A stretch of DNA of 64,000 nucleotides from Sphaerodactylus townsendi (GCF_021028975.2 NC_059428.1:27962001-28026000), one strand, 5' to 3'; shown: positions 1-13,358, counted from the stretch's first letter. Notes: generated from the sequence alone by a model not told the origin. Numbers and translations are program-made.

Positions 1-724
1 CTGAATTAGATTTATCTTAAATAGGCACTAGGTTAAAATTACAGGTCAGGAATTTTCAGGGATCAGTAGCTAGGCTCAGCAGAATTTACATTCAAACAAT
101 TCCCATTGCACTTATCCTCCAACCCTCAGTTTATTATGAACAAAAAGTACATTAGCTGTCAGCCTCAGCATTCTAAAGTTTCCCATCAGTTTTTTCCTCC
201 AATAAATAAGTAATAAGAACTCACTTAAATTATCTGCATTGCTAGTTCTAGCAAGAATGCTTTCAGACTTAAGAATTCAATAATCTGATTGATTTTTACT
301 TGTTTAACAGCGACAACTTCAGGCGACATCTCCCATTAAAATAAAAACTGCATCATCGAGCATGAAAAAGGTTACAAAATCACATTGTACAAAAAGACTT
401 ACCTGAACTTAATGTATATTAAATAAATCATTCTTTGCAGTATTGTAAAGCATCAGCTCATTCTGCAGCTAAGATTATTGTCCTGGATTTAGGAGACAAG
501 CTAAAAGTCATATTTTAAGTCATTTTAACTAACTGAATTACAGCGGAGTAAAGTTAAAGTAGAATGTGACAATCTAAGAAATCACATGCGAGTTCTGGTA
601 GAAATAAGGAACTATAACAGGTATGCAAGATGAGGGCAGTACATAATCTTCATTATACCTTTTGTTCTTGGCTCATTTAATCCCCATATTTCTTTTGACA
701 CTGGAGCCTTTGAATGATAAACTC

Positions 725-2197
725 AGGGTGGATTTTTTTAAAAAAATTGAAATAGGGTTTTAAAATTTTTAAATCTGATTTTAAAAATTAAATGTTTCTG
801 AGGGAAAATCTATAGTTTAGAAGTTTTCTGTTCAAGAATTTTTTTGGTAAATGAATTGCATTAATCCATTTACAATGTCATGCTTTTCCAAAGGTTTCTG
901 TAAATTTTGGGCCATTTTTCCATCTAGCAGATATTATCACAGATGCTTGGTTTTATACTTCTCAAAACTTTGAATTTGTGTCTGTCTCTCCTTCACAGGA
1001 AAAGTTATAAAATAAATGTACAGAGTTGAGAAAAAGACTTTAATCCCATTGTTCCTATGCAAATATATGTACACAGATGCAATCCCTTACTTCTCAAATG
1101 CTAAGTTTCAATGAATACGAGATTGTTTGGAGTAGAATAGACCTGCACAAGGAGATGGGCAAGCTGTAAAAATGAAAGTAAAACTTTTTGAGCAGAATAC
1201 CTCACAAGTCTTGGAATCTTTGCCTGTGTAGATCTAGGTTTAATATTAATAGCTCCCTGGAGGTAAAAATCTACAGCTGCAGATCATAAGAGAGACCCAG
1301 TTTGGGAATATTTTAATGAAGTTCCTCTAATGGGTATTCAGCTATGTGTGCAAAATGCAAACACTGCAACTATGAAACGCAAGGCCTAGTGGCCTAAATG
1401 AAACTCAGGATAATTATAAAATTGAAAAATTATTATTATGAAAAAAATTAATGAAATTATTCTAAAAATGAAACTTTCATCTAGTTGTAAATATTAAGAT
1501 TATACCAGCAAGAATGAGTCACCTACAATCACTACTTCTGACCTGAAAATCTACATGACTGAGGTACCACTATAGGACACTGTTTTACCAGAATTGAGCC
1601 TGACTGAAAATACTGGCACACCTTAAAAGAGCAATAGTTTCAAAGTGAAGACCTGGGTTATAATGGTGCTAAACTTTTCAATATTTACCTCAGTCATTTT
1701 AAGACACTTTTTGACAACAGTGTAGCATTTTGTCTGATTGTAATATTTTTTAACATTATTTTTGACCACTGAAGAAGGCCTTTGAGCCAAAACACATCTG
1801 GGTCTAAAAGTGTTGCATAAGACTTGATGTGTTATCATTTTGTGATTTTCACTGATGTATGTTTGGAAGCCTATTTAGGGCCATTCACTATATTTTTATT
1901 ATAATTTAAATAAACACACTTGTATTTTTGCTACATAGCACTTTCCATTTTAAAAGATCCAATTTCATCTTAACCTTTTGGTTCTTTCCTCTATTGCTAC
2001 GAGGTGAACCATCTATCTTTCTATTTCTAATAGTATAACCAAATCTTTAATTTTTGATATTAATGTAAAATTAATTCAAAAAATGAAACCATGTGGTTGT
2101 GAATATTAAAATTATACCAGAAAGAATGAGTCTTTATGTAGAAAAATATGATTTAAATCAAGTCTTAGTGGCTATGATTTAAATCAAATCTACACTG
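725..2197 (+). mobile_element. hAT (Tip100/Zaphod-like) non-autonomous DNA transposon relic, interrupted
   Basis: Ends CAGGGTGGATTT... and ...GATTTAAATCAAATCTACACTG. Decayed BED-finger start (RDPVWEYFNEVP...AKCKHC) near 1290-1400. Homologous inverted copy at 44929-45556. Confidence 0.6.
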
Positions 2198-3267
2198 GAT
2201 AAACTTTTCAAATATTTAATGCTATTATGTACTCTGACCAATAGGATTAAGGTAAATTATACATTTAATCAAAATTGAGAGCATAATTTACTATTAAATC
2301 TCAACAAAACCAAAGGGTTTGCCCATGCAAGACTCAAGAAATTCAGTGAGATCTTAGTATTTAATTAGCACGTTTTGATGTTGTTCCACAGCAAAATGTT
2401 CTAAGCTATTCTCAATAAAATGCAAAATTAAAAGAGAATGCCACCATAACGAATGAAAAGAAGAATTTTTTAAACTGGTATACAGTATTTAAACTGGTAT
2501 ACAGTTTAAAACCTCAAGCTTATTCTCAGAAATTAAGCTTTTCACAACTAATATTCCAGCTATCACCTCTGTTTTACGTGCATAGAACTTCATCTTACAT
2601 TCAGCTCATTACCAAGTCTTCCAAGATGTTGGATGGGCAGTACTCTAGAAGAATCCAGTATGAACAAACGTTCCAGATTATGCTGTTTATGGAATGCTGA
2701 ACATTTTTTCTTTAAAAAATCAAATACATTTTTAGAACAAACCTCTATATTCACAGGATGCTCACTGGTTATATATTCAAGAAAATGTCAATCATATAAA
2801 ACAAATCCTATGCAATTATTCTTGATTCAGTAACATTATTTTATATGGCACAAACAAAATGATGGAAAGAGGTAACACACTTCTACAGCAGCTTCTACCA
2901 ACTTTTAAGTTATATATAGTTTTAATGAATAATTTAATTAACCATTTAATTAAGAATTAGCCATTTAATTAACAGTTAAAACAGAATAAGATACCAAATC
3001 AACTAAATTTGTTTTAATACACTTCAGAAATAAATGTAAGTTTAAAACATTCTTTTAAGAGCTGCTAATGTCAAACTAGAATTTACAATGTTTCAAAGAT
3101 CTCTGCACAGGGTCACATCCCCTCAACATGGCAGAACAGAGATCACAAGGAAGATATTAAAAAGGAGAAAGCGCACATTTGAGCCGTAGCACCAAAGCAT
3201 GTTTTTTAGACATCTGACCCTAAATCTGCAAAGCAATTTAATATTCTAAACTTTTAGAGATCATACT

Positions 3268-4878
3268 TGTTTCTCCAGGAGCAGGGACAACAGGCAGCAT
3301 TTGGTGGGAGGACATCCTTGCAACACCCCCTATCCTGTGGGGCTCCTCAGGGGGCAATCCTCTCATCAATGTTATTTAATATCTATATGCAGCTCAGCTG
3401 GTTCAGAGCTTTAGGCAGGGTTGCCCTCAATATGCTGATGACATCCAGCTCTATGTGTTGATGGAGGGCTAGTCAGTCTCCGCCTAGATATGCTGGCCAG
3501 GTGTTTGGGAGCAGTGGCAGAATGGTTGAAGAGTAGACTGAAATTAAATCTATGGAAGACAGAGGTTCTATGGCTAGGCCAGGAGGGTCCAGTGCAGGGG
3601 TAGGGAACCTTTAACACTCAAAGAGCCATTTGGACCCGTTTTCCATGGGAAAAGAAAACACTTGGAGCCGCAAATAATTTTTGACATTTAAAAGAAAGAT
3701 AACACTGTGTATATTGGGCTTTTTTACCTTTTACTCCACTCATTCTGAGAAGCACATGGATGCACCCGCCCTGCTGCCTGCAGGGCGGATAAGGATGGGG
3801 CCAGCGGCTCGGCCTTGCTGGCCGCCAGGAAAGAGCCCGCCCCGCTTGAACAAGGCGGGTGAGAGGGGAAGTCGCGGCGCAGCCCACCCGGCCGCGGGCA
3901 ATTGGTGCGCCCGCCCTGCTGCTTGCAGGGCAGGCAAGGATGAAGCCGGCGGCTCGGCTCGTGGAGCCACAGTGCAAGGGCAGAAGAGCCGCATGCAGCT
4001 CTCGAGCCGCAGGTTCCCTATCCCTGGTCCAGTGGAAGGCTTCCAGTTGCCAATTTAGATAGAGAGGTATTAACACCTGCTTCCTCCATTAAATACTATA
4101 CAGAAAAGGGACAAGTGCAATAGACTTATACATCCTCCTTCAAAAGCCTGGGTGTATTTTGCTGGTGTCCTCCTTATTGATGGAAACCCAGGTTGCCTAT
4201 ACGGCTAAAGTGGCCTTTTCCAATCTTCATCAGGTCAGCCCCAATCAGATTTGGTGAAAGTGATCCAGGCAATGATCACCTCTAGACTGGACTAGTGTAA
4301 CTTGCTCTACAATTCCAGATCATTTTCAAGGTTTTAGTATTAACCTTTAGGACCTTGAGAGGTGGGGACCATTGTATCTTCAGGACCCTCCACTCCCTAT
4401 ATCAACCTGAAGGACATTATGGTCTCTGGAAATAATCTCCTGGTAGTCCCCGGTCCCAAAAGTGCCTGGCGCACCTCAACCAGGGCCAGCGCTTTTTTGG
4501 CCCTGGTCCCAGACCGGTAGAACTCCCTCTCTGCTGAGACAAGGGCCCTGTGGGACCTAGCACAGTTCCACAGGGTCTGTAAAACAGAGATGTTCCACCA
4601 GGTCTTTGGTTAAGGCCTCTAAGGCTTATTCCAAACACTGCTGGCCTCTCAAACCTTTCCCCCACCTGGGCTTTTTCTCCTCCCTTTCCTTTTTATTGAG
4701 ACAAATTTGAATGAGGAAGGAAGGGAGATGTTAGGAATGGAAGAAAATGTTTAATATGTCTGATGAACGCTATCTTAGTGGGATAGTTTTTAACAGGCTT
4801 ATGAAGTTACTTATTGATGATTGTTGAGTCCAGCCTTGTGCTGGGAAAGGGTACAATATCGAATCTAATAAAATAAAA
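3268..4878 (+). mobile_element. L2-clade LINE 3' fragment (decayed RT), interrupted by a hAT MITE
   Basis: CGAPQGAILSSMLFNIYM and YADDIQLY-like motifs at 3336-3460, L2-like C-terminal segment, AATAAA-rich tail near 4866. Confidence 0.75.
3595..4026 (+). mobile_element. hAT-family non-autonomous element with GC-rich internal repeats
   Basis: TIRs CAGGGGTAGGGAACC / GGTTCCCTATCCCTG; perfect 8-bp TSD GTCCAGTG (3587-3594 and 4027-4034). Confidence 0.9.
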
Positions 4879-7827
4879 ACAAAAACATTATAGCAAATAT
4901 TCCAGTAGTTCACAGCTCTACTAGACAAATGTGAATTATGAACTGTTTGCATATTGTTCAATTCTTAGTACAGGATGGAGCAACTTTTTCAAACAGAAGT
5001 GGTTTGCTCAATGTATCAGGTTCAATTCAGACATGACAACAAGCCATAGTTTAGGAACTTTAATTTATGGCTTGGCATAAGCACTGAATTTTCAAACCAA
5101 TTACAGCCTACCTCCAGAGGCTGTTTTACTGGACAAGGTAGAAGTTCAGAACAAACAGAAAACAAATAAGAGCAGGCCCCTCTATGCCATGGTTTGGTTG
5201 CAAGTTGAAAAGTTAAAATTTTGTTTGGGTTCTACACTATGGTTCAAATAAGATGTTACTTGTCAAAATCTTAACTCAGATATTAAGAAGCTGTGATGGA
5301 TCTAATGAAAATAGTGTGTCACATAAACTCTGAAAATAGCGTGTCATAAAAACTGTCCTGTACAATGCTGTTTCAAAGCTAGGACGATGCAGAAGCAAAA
5401 AAAAAAGGGGGGGGGGACCTGACTGTGAAGGAGATGGTATCAATGTCTAACCAGGAGAAGGGGGAAAACTTAATGTGGGAGAAGAATTCCCTTCCCTAGT
5501 TTTGAGGTGGATTTACTTCAAAAGTTCTGAAGTAATCCTATAGGTTGGGTCTGGAGAGTCTGGAGGAAAAAAAGGGAGTTGGATGACTACTACTCCATTC
5601 GTTCTAGATTCTGGGTATCAGAGGTTACACATGAACCTCTTAGTGCAAGTCTGAGTCAGAGCTGCATATGTCTCTTATTCCAAAGAATGTCTCTTATTCC
5701 AAAGAAATGTAGAAATCTGTAACAAATTGAAATCTTATCAAACATTCAAATGCCATCTGAGCTTTACTATTAAGAACATCTTAATCTTTGTATATGTTTG
5801 CTTCTTTCCTTCTCATCAAATTTCTCCACACCCTTATCCCATTCCCCTGAGTCCAATAAAATTCTCATGTTTTATGGTTGACCTATGAAAAGCCTCTAGC
5901 ATGATAATCTCCAAGATCACATACAGCAGAGAAAAAAGAGGGGATCGCCTCAGTTCCTTGAGGAGATCAACAAGAGTTTCAGAGTACAAGCTTTCAAGAG
6001 TCAAAGCTCCCTTGCTTAGGCACAGTAGAAAGATGCTACTGGACTCAAATCTAACCATTCCACTAACATGCTGCACCTGTAGCATTGAAAGGTTTTGGTC
6101 ACAAAGTATGTTTTCCATGCAAATATGTTTCTGGAGAGAAGACCCACTTTGTGAATCATCATGGAACTGTGAATAAGAATGTCCCAATTCTGTTTATCAC
6201 AAGATCAATTCTTAGTCCCAAACCAAATCCCAACACTGGTGTTGCTTCCCAAGCACTTCTCCCTTCTCCACTTAAAAGACAAGGAAGATGTGAATGGAGC
6301 GAATAAGACAGAACACTTTTTTATGCAATCCAGGGGATCCAGCTTTAGCCACAATGTGCAAGCTAACATTAGTGCCACGGTAACTTTACAAGGTCCAGTT
6401 ATTATGCATAATTTTCTTCATTTTACCTCTAAGAATTTCCATGCTCTTGCAAGAACTGTGAAAATGTAATATAGGCCAGAGACATCCCGACTTCTGTACT
6501 GCTGGGATCATTCTTCCAGGGACTACTCCAGGGGCTGGAACCATCCCGCTGCCTCATGAAACAGCAGCTCCTATAATCGAGTTGCCATATCCTAACAGTG
6601 AAGCCTTTAAAGATACATGGTTCGCATGATTATGCAAAGTACTTATTGACCTGCTTTCCATAAAACATGTTCAAAGTTTCAAAGGCATGAGCTCAACTAT
6701 TGTGGGCAAGGAGCAAGTATACTTCCACAAAGATCCCTTACAGACGGACAGTGGTTTTCTATCTTTCCAGAATATGCAACAGAAGCCCAATAACTTGTAT
6801 ATGCAGAATACATGAAATTCCATAGTTTCCAAGTAAAAGAGAGCAAATACAAAATGAAATATTAAATATTTGCGATGGAGAATGGGGTTGTAGAATGTAA
6901 GGAACTAAAGCACAGGCATTCAAAATATATGATCCAAGTAAAAATCACAAGACATTATTTCAGTAACATTTCACATTATTGTGATGCATCTTTCCCAAAC
7001 AATAGCAGTTTCTGCAATTTTGTAGGATCACTAAAATACATAAGTTTAAACTGTACTCATGAGCATTTTTCTGGAATCAAGACTTATTTTTAAACAACAA
7101 TATGGGTATACTGAGAAAAACATCAATGTCAGTTCATGATTTAATTTAAACCCTGCCTTATGATACAGCTGAACACATTTGGATGAAATAATTTGTAATA
7201 TTAAATTAAACATTAAAATTGTTTCACTCATTATTAATATTTACAAGAAGTTTATTCTTCATTGGTTGATCAAACTATACCTAGATGTTTCAGCGGATCT
7301 TGGAAACCACAAAAAAGGCTGTGCAATCTGACTACACCTGCAACCCATTAGGTTCCTATGTTTATATTTTGCTTAGAACCAGGTAATCCATTAATAAGAA
7401 CTTCCATACTAAAAATGATTGCAAGTCAACCCTTGGAAGCCTATCACATGTATGGCCAAGAAAAGGGTAGAAATGGAAAAGTACATTTCATCCACTGTAC
7501 TATGTGGATAACATTTATTTACTGATATTTTCAAAGTTCCTTTTGAATGTACCTCCTACATCTAGCTCTTCTATTATGCTAAAAGTAATCCAGTGTTCAC
7601 CCAAATGATTCACTGTCTCAAATACATTGGTTACTAAGTTTTCTATTTCACATTAAGAAAACCAATATTGTGAAATTCCACATTTCTATCAAAATTTAAA
7701 GTTTAAAAAGTAAAATAAAAGTGTAAATGGAAAAACAAATCATTTCAAAAACTATATGTGGGAAAGTAGTCAGAGAATTACTTTTTATCTCTGAGATTCA
7801 AATGTTTATTCTCTTTAAGACTCTGAG

Positions 7828-8398
7828 AGCCCCATCCAAAGGAGGGGGGCGCTATGGGAGTGGCATGCCAGCAAATTTGCCCTCCACAGGGCACTTACTC
7901 CAGAAGAAGGACAATTTTGCCAGCATGCAGTCAGTGCCACCCTCCCCTGGCGCTGGGATGTAGTGCTGGCTGTCACCAGCATCCCATGATCATGCCACCT
8001 TGCATAGGCGCAAGTGGGGGCAGTCCAGGGGCATGGCTAAAAGATGTCAACTTTAGTCGACTCTCTCCTGGCCACAGTACACCAGCTGCGTCTGGATCAG
8101 ACTTAAGCCTCACCAATTTTCTTTTTATAACATCAATTTTAACCATAACCTTTACCATCATAACCTATCAATGTTTCTGACTATATGTATATTTTAATTT
8201 TATGTCGATAAAGGTATTTGTACTTGTACTTATTAAGCCACTGAGAACGGTGGGTTAAGTCTGAGCAGCCCCATAGTCGCTGCTCAACAGCTGGGATGTT
8301 TTTTTGCAGCCTCCCCATACCACTTGGAAACCCCTTCGAAATGGCAGAGCGGCGCAGTTGCAGTTTTGCAGTCAGATGCTGACTTGTGGATGGGGCTG
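7828..8398. mobile_element. TIR-bounded MITE-like repeat with an internal AT-rich insertion
   Basis: Inverted ends AGCCCCATCCA / TGGATGGGGCT. Internal inverted pair TCAGACTTAAG...CACC / GGTGGGTTAAGTCTGA around an AT-rich insert at about 8115-8248. Confidence 0.45.
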
Positions 8399-9780
8399 TG
8401 AATGTTAATTACTCTTACCTTCCCTGTCTAGAATAGTAAATGAGAACAGAAGGAAGCAATTTGTAGTTAATTTATATGACTAGCATATTTCTCTTTTATC
8501 ATGCAATGTGGGCATTTGCTATCTGAAAAACAAAAACTCTGCTGAACGTGGGCTTAGTTATTACACTGGTTCTGTGGACAATAATCCTTGTGAGAAAATT
8601 ATTTTTATTATGTCAAAAAGGACACTGTGAACCTAGTGAGAATTTAAGAATTTTAAAAATTGCAATTTTGCCTGAAACAGGGTCTCTTACTAGTTGTAGA
8701 TACCTTGGAAGGGGCTGAGACAATTTTATTAGTAATAGGTAAAGATTCCTGGCCCCAATTCTATCAAATCATCTTATATGAGGGAATTACTTTAAAGTTG
8801 AAGGCACTACTTCAAAGTTATTCTGATCAAAGTATGGTCTTACCTTGATAAGTGGATCAGAAGTAGAAAAATCTCTCTTCCAGTTGCTTAAAATGAACAT
8901 TCTTGTCAATTCAACACCAGCAGGAAAAGTAAGCAGATGTTCTAGTTTGATTATTATACAATCTTTCTGCATTCATGGCCACTGTTCCATATAATGTCAA
9001 TATGCTTAAGGTTGTTTATATGATAAGATGTACATCAATCAGTAATTGTTTGGCATGTGAACATCCTCAATATTTACATGTATGCAAAACCTTTTATAGG
9101 ATTATTACAATATACTTTGCACGTCATAGAACCCATATATACTAGCACAAAGACCATAAAGAAGAATATGTGTTTCTCTACCATGCCAGTTTCCTACTAT
9201 GACAGTCCCTTCATTTTTCTGTGAGAATGAAATATCCACAATAGCATCAATAGTACGGAAAAAGATTTCTGGAAAAAAACTGGAAGTCTTGAGAAATACT
9301 ACCCACTATGAATCCTATAAGGCAATACCACAGGTCCTTAAATAAAAGTATAATGTAACATCTATGAAATGTCAAGGTTTAGTTTGCAATTTGTTTTGCA
9401 AAAAGTTACCATTTTCTATGACTACAAAAACCACAGGTGAATATTTACTGCTTAGAGAAGTTTCAACTCAAAGTGTTTATTTAAAAGTTAAACAGAGAAT
9501 ACATTCTGATGACAATCCAATTGCAACTATATTTGTACACATTGGTGGGAATATTTTTTTACTCATCTAAAATGGCTGCAGATGTTCTACAGATGCAATA
9601 GCCTGAACATTTGTTCTACTGCATATCACAAACTGCATCATCACATGTATACAATGGATAAAACATTTTATTTTGAGAAAGTAGGCATTATAAAAGAAGG
9701 AAAAAGTATGCTTACAATTAAAATTAAGGACAATATTCATAACAATGATTCAAAAGTGTCTCAACTGATTTGTTTTATAT

Positions 9781-9786
9781 TTTATT
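9781..9786 (-). terminator. Proximal polyadenylation signal AATAAA of PSPC1 3'UTR
   Basis: First AATAAA on the minus strand, about 265 nt after the stop codon; another lies at 9667-9672. Confidence 0.6.
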
Positions 9787-10049
9787 GTAAGCATGGAACT
9801 GCACAAATATCACAGCATGGTCACACTAAATTCTACTGGTCACAAACATCTGACGTACAAAGTGAAGCACATCATTTCTGTTCTACACTAAAGCCTCTGA
9901 CCATATACAAAAAAAGTCTAAGTCTTACAAAACAAAAAAATATTTTAATGACTACAGAGACAATAAAACCGTTTAAAGTAATAGCTAAAATGATAAAGGC
10001 ATACACACCAGATAGTCAGTGATTTTTTTTCTCTTAAGGAATGAAAATT

Positions 10050-10235
10050 TCAGTATCTGCGACGCTTGTTAGGTCCTTCAAAGTTGCCCCCTGGGTTTCC
10101 TCTACCAAAGCCACCAGGTCCGCTATTGACACCACCTACACCACCCATAGATGGTTGAGGAGTTTCAGAGCCTGTTCTACTAACCATAGCTGAACCCATT
10201 TGTGGAGGGCCTCCTGGAGGGAATCTCTCAGTGTG
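10050..10235 (-). CDS. PSPC1: PSPC1 coding exon 9 (last; C-terminal NLS and stop)
   Basis: TGTTAG|CAC; [61 protein letters not shown]; TGA at 10050-10052. Confidence 0.96.
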   Translation of the reverse strand, partial: HTERFPPGGPPQMGSAMVSRTGSETPQPSMGGVGGVNSGPGGFGRGNPGGNFEGPNKRRRY

Positions 10236-10469
10236 CTAACACAGACAATATTAAGTCCATTTGGAATGAGCCAGCATTTAAAAAGGCCATTAAAAAAAAC
10301 AGACAAAAAAGTGGTGTTTCCATGAAGTTCAGCAGATAGTCCAGCAGAGTCAGATGACACATAGAAGGAAGAAAGGAGCAATTAAGTTAGTCATTACCTT
10401 AACAGTAAGCTGAAAAAGTAAGTGTCCACTAGTGTATTCAGATAAAAGCAAATAAAGTTTAAGATCATA

Positions 10470-10592
10470 GGCCCCTTCCACACACGCAAAATAATGCGTT
10501 TTCAAACCACTTTCACAACTGTTTGCAAGTGGATTTTGCTATTCCACACAGCTTCAAAGAGCACTGAAAGCAGTTTGAAAGCGGAATGAGCC
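10470..10592. mobile_element. Short MITE (PIF/Harbinger-like), internally deleted copy
   Basis: Near-identical to 52779-52919; starts GGCCCCTTCCACAC and ends GCGGAATGAGCC. Confidence 0.65.
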
Positions 10593-11814
10593 CAAGTGAA
10601 GCAATATATAATTTTATTCCACTCAGAGCTCTCTCTAAAGGAAGAGTGGTACAGAAGTGTGTTAAATATTCTGAATTTTAATTCTGTAGAAAACTGAATT
10701 GTATGTAAAGAAATAATGTAAGCTACCTAATATCAATTTATCAATATTAAACAGAACCAGTCCCACTAGGTTTTGGAAAATCTATTCCCTCAGAAACAGT
10801 AAAAAAAAAGGAGTTTAGGATAGCAGACTAATAAAAGATGAACCCAGTTTTACAGTTCTACAAACAAATATATATAGCTAAACGTCATTTTTCACCTGAG
10901 CCTTCAACCTGCAAATTCGGCAGACACCTTTTCTTTAATAATATTAACTGCCAATATAAAGAACGGTAAGGATTATCCAAACTGAGATCCACTGTTGTTA
11001 AAAAGGCAACTTCTAAATTATGGCTAAGATCTAAATGGCTGTTCCACCAGGGTAATGGCAGTTCACCAGGTTAAACTATGCAGGCATTTGCAGTGGCCAG
11101 CCACCACAGGACCCAGCTTCTGGGTTTGAGTGCTGCAGCGGTCAGTCACTGTGGTAAGGCTCTAGGCGCCAGAGCCCGTGCCAATTTGCACAGTGCTGGT
11201 GGCACAGACACCAGTGCAACTCTTCCGCCACTTCCAATGATTTTCAGCCCCTCCTTTGGATTGTACAGTTAGTCTTCCTGAGCTTTACCAGAGAAGATAC
11301 CAGTTTAAATAGCTACAAAAATGAGAAAGACCAAGTACAGAAATATTTGTAAATTTGCTTTAAATAGGTCTGCTGTTTCCATGATTTATTCTAAATTAAT
11401 TTTAGGGTGTTCATTATTTTCTTGCGAGTAGAGGACTAGACAGATTCATAGAGGATAGTCTATCACTGCCAAATAGCAATGATGACTAAATGAAATCTCC
11501 ATTTTCAGAAGCTGCATCCTAGTGAAAACCAGCCACTGGGGAACAATGTGGGGGACCTCTCATTCCCATTCTCTGCTTGTCGGCTTTCCAAAGTCAATTA
11601 GATGATTACTATACAAAGCAGGATCCTAGATAAGAGGAACCTTTGGTCTGATCCAACAAGACACTTATGTTCCTAGATTCACTTGTATGTTACTTGTAAT
11701 TAAAATAACTAGTTGTCATGCATAGTGGTACAGTTGATTTCCAATAATTTATGAATACTTTGTAAAGGGGTGTACTACTGGAGTTATGCACAAAACAGAT
11801 TCTATAGTTTAGAG

Positions 11815-12000
11815 CAGTGGTTCTCAACCTGGGGGTGGGGACCCCTTTGGGGGTCGAACGACCCTTTCACAGGGGTCGCCTAAGACTCTCTGCATCAGTG
11901 TTCTCCATCTGTAAAATGGATAAATGTTAGGGTTGGGGGTCACCACAACATGAGGAACTGTATTAAAGGGTCGTGGCATTAGGAAGGTTGAGAACCACTG
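11815..12000 (+). mobile_element. SPIN (Space Invaders)/URR1-like non-autonomous hAT MITE
   Basis: TIRs CAGTGGTTCTCAACCT / AGGTTGAGAACCACTG. Arms GACCCCTTTGGGGGTCGAACGACCCTTTCACAGGGGTCGCCTAAGAC and GGTTGGGGGTCACCACAACATGAGGAACTGTATTAAAGGGTCG match SPIN/URR1 as I recall it. TSD GTTTAGAG / GTTTAGAA. Confidence 0.85.
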
Positions 12001-13358
12001 GTTTAGAATGTACAGCTCGATTCCTTTTTTCTTCCTTAGTTAAGTAAACACCTCCTTTCAAGTTAAAATGCTACACTAAGAGTCCTATTAGTGAAAGAGG
12101 CCATCTCAGTCCACTTGCCTTCTACTGGTCTAAAAAAAGTCATCTTGTTATGAAGATAAATGATTCTATTTGAGAAATCAGTTTGGCTCTTGAGAAAAAT
12201 AAGTATAAATCCTACAACATAAAAAAGATTTCTGGTTCTCAAGCTACAGTATATTTCAGATATATTAACAAGACCAAACATCCATCTTCTTTAATGTATG
12301 AAATGTCAGATTCCTTTTAATCTGTCATTCTATACAACCCAATTTCACAAGGAAATCCACCTACCTATTTCAGTACTGTGATATAATGGACCTACTACTT
12401 GGCAACTCATTAAATTGTCCAATAAGATACAGCCTCCCCAGTCCCAACAGAATATGTTTACAAAAGACATTAGTAGAAAGTAAGCCAGGATTCAAAAAAG
12501 TGTCACACACACATAGTGGAGAATTATATGCACCACTGGAGCCCACTTTGTTGTTTCTGGTTGTAACTGTTCCCACAACTACAGTGAAAGTCAGCTGGAT
12601 GTCTCTTCAAAAATGGGAAATATACCAAAAGCGACAACAAATCAAGTTCCAACGGCATACATCATTCCTTCCAGAGCTTGGAGAAAAAAAATTTTTTAAT
12701 CCCAGGCATAGGATGAAAAATACCATTAACAGAGCTATGAAAGTACAGTTCAAAATGCATATCTGAGTTTCAACTGACAAAATATATTTATATTGCCTAT
12801 GAAATTAATACTTATGAAGCAAGTGCTTCCCAGAATTCAGCCTCACAAAAGGCTTCGTAATCATTCCCTCACCCATATTCAAAGCATCATGCGAAGTAAC
12901 TTGCTTAAAACATTATCCAAAGATACCTTCACACTATTAATTTCCATAATCACCACTGTAATAATCTCATAATCATACATGCGCCTTTAAATATAGAACA
13001 AAAGTTCTTTCAAATAGTCCTCATTTAAATAACATATCCTCTACCATTTTGTTGCAAGAAAAATAGACTTTTAGTGCAAAAGAATTCAGTGACTTTGGGG
13101 TTTAAATGCAAAGTTCACTTGCAAGTGATCAAGGAAAAGCATTTGACAAGCAACATCGCTAGCAATTAGATCTTACTGCATTTTCAAAAATAATGACGTA
13201 CAACTTTTAATGTACCTTAGGTAAAAGTATAAACACCATAACATGCTTCACAATTGTGTTTGAAAGCATCAAAAGACTCTTAGTGTGAAGTTATCCTTGC
13301 TCCAAAAGATGTGCAAGGATGAATCAAAAACAAAATTAAAAAGTTTATGATACATTAC

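Noticed and set aside
3618-4076. Cluster of GC-rich ORFs (also 17185-18351)
   Set aside because: They lie inside TIR/TSD-bounded hAT elements; stop-poor because of GC content.
5420-6200. ORFs 5834-6187 and 5901-6176 and a faint DIRS-recombinase-like remnant near 5430-5560
   Set aside because: Too decayed to assign by eye; no splice structure or recognisable protein family.
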